From the NCBI GenBank assembly GCA_020445605.1, contig JAGRGH010000037.1:108354-172353 (forward strand): a stretch of 64,000 nucleotides of DNA, in the 5' to 3' direction. The position numbers and the translations under genes are program-made. The number at the start of each line of letters is the position of its first letter. The stretch's first letter is position 1. A model generated the notes under the pieces. It saw only the letters and a program-made list of their open reading frames with translations. It searched no databases and was not told the DNA's origin. This DNA is from Chromatiales bacterium. GTDB lineage: Bacteria > Pseudomonadota > Gammaproteobacteria > JAGRGH01. Shown piece after piece: positions 20,372 through 27,872 of this stretch.

Positions 20372-21799
20372 ATGAACACGACGACAAGCAATCTCAGGAC
20401 GCGTGCCGGCGCCGCAATGATCGGCCTGGTACTGGCCGGTGCAGCCCTGCAGGCGCCAGCAGCGCTGTTGGGCGTGAACCCGGGCTATCCACAGATTCAG
20501 GCCAACGGTGCGCCGGGCGGCCTGACCTACGATGCCACGACGGATCTGTTCTCGGCGGTGGCGCCGGGCGGTTCCGCTCGTTTCAGTGCGGCCAACTCTC
20601 CGGTTCCGGTGCTCGGTGGCACGATCACCATGAACATCGTGGTTGATGGCTCGGGGGCCTTGGTCGGCGGTGTTCCGGGCAACGACCTCGTTGTCACCGG
20701 CACGATCCCGGCCGCTGGCGGTTTCCCGATGTCGTTCAGCGGCACCCTGATCACCGGCGAAGTGACCGCGTTCGGCTTCCTGAACAGTGGTGCGACAACC
20801 GACAACTTCGATCTGCGTTTCACGGTCACCGGCGGCGCGCTGGCGACCTATTACGCGAACAAGGACATCGGCGTGAAACTGTTCGTCGAGCAGTCGACGT
20901 TCAACGATTTCACGGTGAACTTCTCCGGTCTGCCGAAGTTCACGATCGGGCCGATTGCTGCGCCGCCGGCGATCCAACTGCTGAAGCAGATCAGCGTGGA
21001 TGGTGGCGCGACCTGGGCGGACGCCGACAACGTCGGTGACCTTGACGTGCCGACCGTGCCTGCACCGAGTGGTGCGCAGTATCGCTTCATTGTCACCAAC
21101 ACCGGTGGCGTGGACCTCGTCGATGTCGTGCTGAACGACGCCACTCTGGGCCTGGTGAACGTGCCGCTGCCGGGTGGTTCGCTGGCGGTCGGTGAGTCCG
21201 TCACGATCGACAGCGGCTATTCGGGCTTCGAGCCGATGGATGTCGCCGAGCGCTGCAACGATGCCGGCGTGTTCATCAACACCGCAGACGTGAGTGGCAG
21301 CTCGTCAGAGGACGGCACGGTCGTGACCGACGAAAACCCGGCCGTGATGGTCTGCACCTACACCCCGCCGTCGGGCGGTGGCGGTGGCCAGGGCTGCACC
21401 CCCGGTTACTGGCGTCAGCCGCAGCACTTCTGGGCTTGGACGGCGCCGTACACCCCGGACACCCTGTTTGGTGATGTGTTCGAGGATGCGTTCCCCGGCC
21501 AGACCCTGCTGGATGTGGTTCGCATCGGCGGCGGCGGTCTGAATGCTCTGGGTCGGCACACGGTTGCGGCGCTGCTGAATGCCGCGATCGGAGATGTGTC
21601 CTACGACCTGACGCCGGCGGAGGTCATCAATGCCTTCAACGACCTGTATCCGGGTTCCAACGGCGACTACGAGCCCTGGAAGAATCAGCTCGACACCTAC
21701 AACAACCAGGGGTGTCCGCTGAACAACGGGACGGGCTTCGTTGAGGACACCTCGACGTTGACGACCGAAACCGGGATCGGAAAAGGCAAGAAGAAGTAG
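20372..21799 (+). CDS. secreted multidomain protein (novel N-module, DUF11-like Ig repeat, Cys-bounded C-terminal domain)
   Basis: 475 aa with a signal peptide (...LQAPAA/LLG). The N-module is about three-quarters identical by eye to that of the next gene. The Ig-like repeat reads ISVDGGATW...YRFIVTNTGGVDL. The C-terminal domain starts GCTPGYWRQPQHFW and ends ...NNQGCP. Confidence 0.75.
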   Translation: MNTTTSNLRTRAGAAMIGLVLAGAALQAPAALLGVNPGYPQIQANGAPGGLTYDATTDLFSAVAPGGSARFSAANSPVPVLGGTITMNIVVDGSGALVGGVPGNDLVVTGTIPAAGGFPMSFSGTLITGEVTAFGFLNSGATTDNFDLRFTVTGGALATYYANKDIGVKLFVEQSTFNDFTVNFSGLPKFTIGPIAAPPAIQLLKQISVDGGATWADADNVGDLDVPTVPAPSGAQYRFIVTNTGGVDLVDVVLNDATLGLVNVPLPGGSLAVGESVTIDSGYSGFEPMDVAERCNDAGVFINTADVSGSSSEDGTVVTDENPAVMVCTYTPPSGGGGGQGCTPGYWRQPQHFWAWTAPYTPDTLFGDVFEDAFPGQTLLDVVRIGGGGLNALGRHTVAALLNAAIGDVSYDLTPAEVINAFNDLYPGSNGDYEPWKNQLDTYNNQGCPLNNGTGFVEDTSTLTTETGIGKGKKK

Positions 21800-21969
21800 C
21801 AGAATGGGCGATGCGGGCCCCGGGACGACCGGGGTCCGCGTCCACCGATAACTGGATGTCACGCCAGGTGCCGGGTGGGCGCGCAGGCGTGAAAGGGAAT
21901 CGCGAACGGACAGCGCGAGAAACAAGAAGCCGGCGGATGAACCGCCCTTTCTCTAAAGCGAGAACTGAA

Positions 21970-23661
21970 ATGAAGACGATTACCAAGTCCACGCACGGTC
22001 TGTTTGCGGCCCTGTTTACATTCATGGCCGCGCTGTCCTGGGTGCCCAGCGCCTCGGCTGCGCTGCTCGGTGTCGTGCCGGGCTTCCCGCAGATCCAGGC
22101 CAACGGCGCGCCCGGCGGCCTGACCTATGACGCCACGACCGACGCATTCACGGTGACCGCTCCATCGGGCTCCGCGCGGTTCACCTCGGCTTCATCGCCG
22201 GCCCCGGTCCTCGCCGGCGGTACCGTCACGATGAGCATCGTCGTGGACGACTTCGGCAACCTCGTTGGCGGCGTTGCCGGCAATGACTTGCAGATCACCG
22301 GGACGATTCCGGCGATCAACGGCTGGCCGATGGCCTTCAATGGCGTGCTGCTGACCGGCGAAGTCACGCAGTTCGGCTTTCTGAACAGCGGCGCGACCAC
22401 CGACAACTTTGATGCCCGCTTCACGGTCACCGGCGGCTCGCTGGCACCGTACTTCGCGAACAAGGACATCGGTCTGACACTGTTTGTCGAACAGTCCACG
22501 TTCAACGGCTTCACGACGAACTTCTCGGGCTTGCCGAAGTTCGTGGTCGGCCCGATTGCTGCTCCGCCTTCAATCGAGATCCTGAAGGAGATCAGCGTTG
22601 ACGGTGGCGTGAACTGGCTGCCGGCCGATAACGTCGGCGATCTGGACGTGCCGGTCATGCCGTCGCCGAGCGATGCACAGTACCGCTTCATCGTGACGAA
22701 CACCGGTGGCACGGCGCTGCAGAACGTCAACATCAGCGACGTGAGCCTCGGCCTGACCGATGTCGCGATCCCGGGTGGCACGCTGGGTGTCGGCGAATCC
22801 GTGATCATCGACAGCGGCACGCTTGGCTTCGAGGTCGTCTACGTGGCTGACCGCTGCAACGGTGCCGCGATCATCACCAACGTGGCGTCCGTCGAGGGCG
22901 ACTCCAACGGCACGACGGTGACCGACGACAACCCGGCGGTGCTGGTCTGCGAAGAACTGCCGCCGGACGAAGTCTGTTCGATCACGGTCGACAAGACTGC
23001 CACCGCGACCTGGACCGACGATTCCGGCAAGGACAAGGACAAGGATTCCGACCGTCGCCGCAGCTACAGCTCCGGTAAGGACAAGGACAAGGATTCCGAC
23101 CGTCGCCGCAGCTACAGCAGCTGGGGCAAGGACAAAGACAAGGACAGCGACGGTGGTTCCAGCAGCGGCTGCCTGAACGTTCAGTACAGCTACCTGGTGA
23201 CCAACCTGGGTGATCCGGTGACCGGCACGCTGGTCGACGACAAGATCGATCTGGGTGGCGCGGGCTTCGTGCTCGGGCTTGGTGAATCGGCAAGCTTCAC
23301 TGCCACGGCCTGCCTGAGCGAGACCACGACGAATGTCGCGACCGCCACGGCGAGCCTGCAGAGCGATGGCGGCATCTCCTGCTCCGCGTCCGATTCCTAC
23401 ACGGTGACCGTGACTCCGCCGGACACCGACAAGGACAAGGACAAGGACAAGGACAAGGACAAGGACAAGGACAAGGACAAGGACAAGGACAAGGACAAGG
23501 ACAAGGACAAGGACAGCGATTCCGGAAAGGACAAAGATAAGGACAGCGACTCCGGCAAGGACAAGGACAGCGATTCCGGCAAGGACAAAGACAAGGACAG
23601 CAGCAAGAGCTACAGCTCGAAGAGCAGCAAGAGCCGCTCACCGTGGAGCTTCTGGAGATGA
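21970..23661 (+). CDS. secreted paralog with two DUF11-like repeats and Asp-Lys/Ser-rich tandem repeats
   Basis: Trimmed to the ATG at 21970 (MKTITKSTHGLFAALFTFMAALSWVPSASA). It has the same N-module and Ig-like repeat as 20372-21799. The second Ig-like repeat is interrupted by GKDKDKDSDRRRSYSS x2. The tail is (DK)14, DSDSGK repeats, then SKSYSSKSSKSRSPWSFWR. Confidence 0.75.
   Translation: MKTITKSTHGLFAALFTFMAALSWVPSASAALLGVVPGFPQIQANGAPGGLTYDATTDAFTVTAPSGSARFTSASSPAPVLAGGTVTMSIVVDDFGNLVGGVAGNDLQITGTIPAINGWPMAFNGVLLTGEVTQFGFLNSGATTDNFDARFTVTGGSLAPYFANKDIGLTLFVEQSTFNGFTTNFSGLPKFVVGPIAAPPSIEILKEISVDGGVNWLPADNVGDLDVPVMPSPSDAQYRFIVTNTGGTALQNVNISDVSLGLTDVAIPGGTLGVGESVIIDSGTLGFEVVYVADRCNGAAIITNVASVEGDSNGTTVTDDNPAVLVCEELPPDEVCSITVDKTATATWTDDSGKDKDKDSDRRRSYSSGKDKDKDSDRRRSYSSWGKDKDKDSDGGSSSGCLNVQYSYLVTNLGDPVTGTLVDDKIDLGGAGFVLGLGESASFTATACLSETTTNVATATASLQSDGGISCSASDSYTVTVTPPDTDKDKDKDKDKDKDKDKDKDKDKDKDKDKDSDSGKDKDKDSDSGKDKDSDSGKDKDKDSSKSYSSKSSKSRSPWSFWR
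23026..23121 (+). repeat. 48-nt tandem duplication (2 units) inside the CDS
   Basis: Unit 1 (23026-23073) and unit 2 (23074-23121) differ only at their ends. Each encodes GKDKDKDSDRRRSYSS. Confidence 0.95.
23428..23511 (+). repeat. (GACAAG)14 hexanucleotide microsatellite inside the CDS
   Basis: There are 14 uninterrupted GACAAG units, 84 nt, encoding (Asp-Lys)14. Degenerate GACAAG/GACAGC/GATTCC units continue to about 23600. Confidence 0.97.
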
Positions 23662-23695
23662 CGGCAGGCGGCCGCTGAGGCCGCCGACCGGAAAC

Positions 23696-23724
23696 AAAAA
23701 AACCCGCCACTGGCGGGTTTTTTT
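23696..23724. terminator. rho-independent terminator (bidirectional type)
   Basis: The sequence is AAAAAAACCCGCCactGGCGGGTTTTTTT: a GC stem flanked by an A-tract and a T-tract, 35 nt after the stop at 23661. A second hairpin, GGCGGCCgctgaGGCCGCC, lies at 23667-23685. Confidence 0.8.
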
Positions 23725-23834
23725 GTGTCTGCACGAAAGCCGGCCGACCGGTTCTCAAACCTCGGCGCACCGGTCTGTTATCAGCTAGGCAGGTTCGCTC
23801 TCGGGTAGTAGGATGCCCACAATCGATTGCCGGC

Positions 23835-25391
23835 ATGGCAAGCCATGACCGGATCGAACTGGCCGGCCGACTCTTACGCATCGTTCCGAAACAATCACCC
23901 AGAATGCTGACCCGGATTACGCTGTACCTCGTCGGGCTTGCGCTGAGCATCGCGCAGTTCGTGATGATTCGGGATTTCGTCTCGATCCTCTACGGCGAAG
24001 AGATTGTGATCGTGCTGGTTACCGCCTCGTTCTTCGTCGGGCTGTCGGCCGGGTACCTGTTGTCGTTGCGGCTGTCGGATCAGGTGTTTCGGGCGCTGCT
24101 GGTGATCTCGGTGTTTCTGCACCTGAGCTTCCCGTTCTCGTATCGGTACCTGGCCTCGTGGTTCGCGGCCATCGAGGTTTCGGGCTACCTGTATCTGTGG
24201 CTGCTGTTCATCTATGCGCTGCTGTTCAATGCCGCCTTTGCGACCTTCCTGCCACGGCTGGTGTCGGATGCGGCCGGTGCCTCCGCGGCCGGCGGTGTCA
24301 CCGAGGAGCAGCGACTGAAGGTGTTCTACGGGCTGGAACTGGCCGGATTCATGTCCGGGTTCCTGATCGTCGCGGCGAGCTGGAGCCGGCCGCTCGTCGA
24401 TCTGATGACCGCGTACTGGGTGGCGATCGGCGTGATCGTCTGGCTGACCCTGCGGCGCTGGTCCGTGACCGCGGTCTACATCGTTGCGGCGGCCGTGGTC
24501 GTGTACTGGTTTCCGACCCTGGACTATCACAGCACGGCATTGCTGTACGAGAAGAAGCACGGTCTCGGCGAGGCCGAGGTGCTGTTCTCGGTCAACTCGC
24601 CGTATCAGCGTGTCGAAGTCATCGAGACACCGGATGGCGATCGGCGTCTGTACCTGGATGGGCTGCTGAACCTGAATTCCAGCGATCTGAGTTCGCTGAA
24701 CTTCTATATCGCGGAAGTGCCGGCCCGGCTCATGAACCCGGAGCGCACGCTGATCATCGGCAACGGCACCCTGTCCTCGGTGCCGAAAGTCCATCAATAC
24801 ACGCGCGAGCTGACCTCCGTCGAGCTGGACGGCGGCGTGCTGAAGGCCGGCCAGCAGTTCTACACCACGGCCGAGGACCTGAAGGGGATCGAGAACTGGT
24901 CACTGCACACCGACGACGGCAAGCATTTTCTGCTGACCTCCAAGGAACAGTTCGATCTCGTCGTTGTGGACGTGCCATCGCCGCTGACGATCCAGGAGGC
25001 CTACCTGCATTCGAAGGAGTTCTATGGGCTGGTCGCGCGGCGCCTGGGGCCGAATGGCGTCGTCGCCGTGCAGCTCAGCGGGCCGCTGCAACGCAATGAC
25101 CGCACGCCGGCGCGCGTGACAAAGGCGTTGCGCGCCGCGTTTCCTGAAGTCATGGCGATCTACAGCGAGCGTGCGGACCGCGGTTTCGCCTACGCCTCGA
25201 AGTCGCTGCCGTTCAGCGTCGCGGATGTCCAGGGCATCGCGAAGGGTTACGAGAAGGGCGGTGACTTCGAGGTGGTCGGTCCCGAGACGATCGATTCCTA
25301 TCTGGACGAAACCGTTGCGCTGTCCGTCAACTCCATGGACCTGGTGCTGCGCCGCGGCTGGGAACGTTTCACCGAACGGTATTTCCGCTGA
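23835..25391 (+). CDS. membrane-fused spermidine-synthase-like (aminopropyltransferase-fold) protein
   Basis: 518 aa (an alternative start lies at 23904). A polytopic N-terminal half of about 240 aa is followed by a SpeE-like C-terminal half (SPYQRVEVIE, LYLDG, SVELDGGV, HTDDGKHFL, FDLVVVDVPSP). The canonical GGGDGG motif reads IIGNGT, and D-x-x-D-P reads DVPSP. Confidence 0.72.
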   Translation: MASHDRIELAGRLLRIVPKQSPRMLTRITLYLVGLALSIAQFVMIRDFVSILYGEEIVIVLVTASFFVGLSAGYLLSLRLSDQVFRALLVISVFLHLSFPFSYRYLASWFAAIEVSGYLYLWLLFIYALLFNAAFATFLPRLVSDAAGASAAGGVTEEQRLKVFYGLELAGFMSGFLIVAASWSRPLVDLMTAYWVAIGVIVWLTLRRWSVTAVYIVAAAVVVYWFPTLDYHSTALLYEKKHGLGEAEVLFSVNSPYQRVEVIETPDGDRRLYLDGLLNLNSSDLSSLNFYIAEVPARLMNPERTLIIGNGTLSSVPKVHQYTRELTSVELDGGVLKAGQQFYTTAEDLKGIENWSLHTDDGKHFLLTSKEQFDLVVVDVPSPLTIQEAYLHSKEFYGLVARRLGPNGVVAVQLSGPLQRNDRTPARVTKALRAAFPEVMAIYSERADRGFAYASKSLPFSVADVQGIAKGYEKGGDFEVVGPETIDSYLDETVALSVNSMDLVLRRGWERFTERYFR

Positions 25392-26650
25392 TGCACGGGC
25401 CGGCATTGTTTGGATCGCTAACGGGTTTGCACCTGGCCCTGCTGCAGTTCTGTTACTTCTTTCTGCTGCTCGTCAACGTGACATCGACGTATGTCACTTA
25501 CATGTCGATCGTCGTGTCGTGGATGCTCGGCACACTGCTCGGCCTGTGGATCGGATGGCTCAGGCCATTGCCGATGTTCGTTGCGGGGGGCGTCGCGTAC
25601 TACCTGGTCTATGCGCTGGTGATTGCCCAGCCGCTGTGGCCATTGACGCTGCCGATCGCCTGCGTGGGCGTGGTGATCACCGGCCTGTGGGCCGGGCGGT
25701 TTTTCGTCGAGATGCGGCCGTATTTCCGCGGCGTCGATCGCCTGTTCTTTCACGAGAACAACGGTTTCCTGTTCGGCGTGATCGCCGTGTTTGTCGGGTT
25801 CTCGCTCGGTGGCCTGCCGTTCCTGCTGGGCGCCCCGCTGGTTTCGGCGATCGTGCTGTTCGTGTATCTGCGCTGGCTGCTGTCGCGGCGCGACGCGCTG
25901 GCGCAGGCGATCGCTGGCGTGGATTCGTCCGCGGCTGCGGATCACGCAGCCTCGGGTCGCCTGGCCGGATCGCTCGCGGGCGCGTTCAATGGGCTCGTCG
26001 CGGCGGCGGGGCTCGGCGCATTCGGCCTGCCGCTGGTCTATCTGCTCGCGTTTGCAACCAGCGGTCGCACGATGATGGTTTCCGTGCTCGCCGAAGGCAG
26101 CGGCGTCGTATGGCTGGCGGTGGCGTGCTGGCTCGCTGCCGCGCTGGTCGCGGCCTTTGAGCTCACATCGACTACCCGGGCGCGCTCCACGTGGCCCCTG
26201 TGGCTGTTCGCGCTGTGGGCGGTGCTCGCGGCGATTCACCGTGCCCTGGGCTGGCAGCCGTTCGCTCTGCTCTCGATCTCTGAAACGTCGTCGGCCCTGC
26301 TCTGGGTGTTCGCAAGCCTCGCCGTCCTGGCCTCGCTGGTACTAGGCACGGCCGCGCGCCGACCGCGTATGTATCTCGGCCTCGGTCTGCTTCTCGTTGC
26401 GCTGGCACTGGTACTTTCCTCCGGCGTTGCAGTGCCCGATGACGAAGAGCGCGATTCGCTAGAGGCATTGGCGCGGCTCGCGGAGATGTTCGGTGCCTGG
26501 CTCACGCTGGCCGGGGGTGTGAGCCGACTTACCGATACGGCGCGGTCAGCTCCAGAAGTGACGTCTGAGCCGGAGCCTGAGCCAGCGTCTGACTCCGAAC
26601 CTGCTCCCGAGCCGGACCTTCCCGACGCCGTGACACCCGCCAACGCATGA
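25391..26650 (+). CDS. polytopic membrane protein, function unknown
   Basis: 419 aa. The TGATG junction overlaps the previous stop by 1 nt. It has roughly 10 or more hydrophobic helices and an acidic Pro/Glu-rich C-terminal tail (SEPEPEPASDSEPAPEPDLP). Confidence 0.62.
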   Translation: MHGPALFGSLTGLHLALLQFCYFFLLLVNVTSTYVTYMSIVVSWMLGTLLGLWIGWLRPLPMFVAGGVAYYLVYALVIAQPLWPLTLPIACVGVVITGLWAGRFFVEMRPYFRGVDRLFFHENNGFLFGVIAVFVGFSLGGLPFLLGAPLVSAIVLFVYLRWLLSRRDALAQAIAGVDSSAAADHAASGRLAGSLAGAFNGLVAAAGLGAFGLPLVYLLAFATSGRTMMVSVLAEGSGVVWLAVACWLAAALVAAFELTSTTRARSTWPLWLFALWAVLAAIHRALGWQPFALLSISETSSALLWVFASLAVLASLVLGTAARRPRMYLGLGLLLVALALVLSSGVAVPDDEERDSLEALARLAEMFGAWLTLAGGVSRLTDTARSAPEVTSEPEPEPASDSEPAPEPDLPDAVTPANA

Positions 26651-27432
26651 TCGACCCGAACCTGCCGCAACCGCACGCCCCGGCGGATACCGCTACGCTG
26701 CATGCGCTCGGTCGCCATGCGCGCCTGCTCATGTTTGTTATCGTTGTCGTGAATGTTGCGCTTCCGCTCGGCAACTGGGCCTGGTCGGCGCTGCACGATC
26801 GTCCGCTGTGGACGATGTATCGCGGCGATCTGACGCCGGTCGAATGGTGGTCGAGCATGCAGCTGTTGCTGGTCGCGTGGATTGCCCTGCTGGTCGGCAT
26901 GCTCGGACGGCATGCTCGCGATGCCGGTGTTGGCGCGGACATCGCGCCGCACAATGCACTGTGGGGGCTTGTCGCGATTGGTTTTGTCGTGCTGTCGCTC
27001 GACGAGGCCTTCGACGTTCACGAGGCGATCCGTGACGAATTCATCGCCCCGTCCGGCTGGTTCACGCACTACGACTGGCTGCTGAATGGCGACATCGTGC
27101 TGCTGGCCGTGTTCGCGATTGCGCTTCTGCTGCTACCGGTGTTTTTCCGGGCGTTCGGTGATCGACGGACCCGCGGCTTTCTTTTGCTGCTGCTCGCGTT
27201 GGTGGTGGTGTTGCCGGCCCTGGTCATCGATGCGATGGCCGATAGCCATATCGTCAGGCTGCCCGACTGGCGGTTCTGGGACTACGTCTACGAGGAACAG
27301 GCCGAAGCCGTCGCGGCGGGCCTCATCGCACTGGCATTCCTCGATGTTCTGCGTGCCCGGGCGCGCGAATTGCTGGGCTTGCTCGGCAACGACGACGGAG
27401 ACCCTGCGGGGCAGGCCGCCGAATCACACTAG
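26647..27432 (+). CDS. polytopic membrane protein, function unknown
   Basis: 261 aa with an ATGA overlap with the previous gene. It has about 6 helices and contains LSLDEAFDVHEAIRDEF. Its TAG stop (27430-27432) lies inside the terminal CTAG of the downstream repeat element. Confidence 0.62.
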   Translation: MIDPNLPQPHAPADTATLHALGRHARLLMFVIVVVNVALPLGNWAWSALHDRPLWTMYRGDLTPVEWWSSMQLLLVAWIALLVGMLGRHARDAGVGADIAPHNALWGLVAIGFVVLSLDEAFDVHEAIRDEFIAPSGWFTHYDWLLNGDIVLLAVFAIALLLLPVFFRAFGDRRTRGFLLLLLALVVVLPALVIDAMADSHIVRLPDWRFWDYVYEEQAEAVAAGLIALAFLDVLRARARELLGLLGNDDGDPAGQAAESH

Positions 27433-27865
27433 GGCCTGTTCACACTACGCTTGGCGCAGCGTTGCTGCCCCAAAATACGTCAGGCAAGGCGCGAGGAGAG
27501 AGGTTTGGCGTGTCTAACAGGTCGCTGAAAAAGGCCCATCCCTGGCCTTTTCAACGTCGCAACCGAAAAGCGCGGTTTTCGGTTGCTCACGAAAATCAAA
27601 CACTTGAGTGTTCGATTTTCGGGCGAGACGTCCCTGTCTCGCGATGTCAGGCTGTTGAGATGAGAATTTCAACAGCCTGCTCAATGAACGACGAACAACG
27701 CAGCATGACGGATTTTGGGGCGCAACCCCTCGGGACGGGGCCGTTGTGGTGGCCAACCGCGTTGCGGTTCGCTGATGTACGTCAAGTACACTGCGCTCAC
27801 AGCGCCTTGTTGGCCACAACAACGGCCACCGTCGCTGCGTCACCCGTAGTGTGAACAGGCCCTAG
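27429..27865 (+). mobile_element. MITE-like, TIR-bounded multi-hairpin element (full-length copy A)
   Basis: It has perfect 21-nt inverted termini (27429-27449 and 27845-27865) and nested inverted repeats. Five consecutive hairpins lie at 27526-27678 and a long hairpin joins 27739-27756 with 27810-27827. There is no credible ORF. Partial copies occur at 37538-37719 and 53424-53577. Confidence 0.7.
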
Positions 27866-27872
27866 GAATCCC

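Noticed and set aside
23428-23600. Whether the regular short repeats could be a CRISPR array.
   Set aside because: The units are 6 nt with no spacers. They are in frame within a CDS, and no cas genes are nearby. This is a coding microsatellite.
23297-23950. The 217-aa minus-strand ORF with a (CP)n run, and the 23397-23606 (LS)n ORF.
   Set aside because: They are simply the other-frame or antisense readings of the (GACAAG)n repeat. The plus-strand frame is continuous with a well-supported secreted protein.
27462-27854. The track ORFs inside the repeat element (130 aa on plus, 109 aa on minus), and the matching 53429-53641 and 53486-53764 ORFs in copy B.
   Set aside because: The shared peptide stretch (KKA.PWPFQ.R.RK..FSVAHENQTL) is explained by nucleotide-level repeat identity. 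The frame is closed by a stop in copy B directly after it. The sequence is a chain of hairpins. No protein family features are present.
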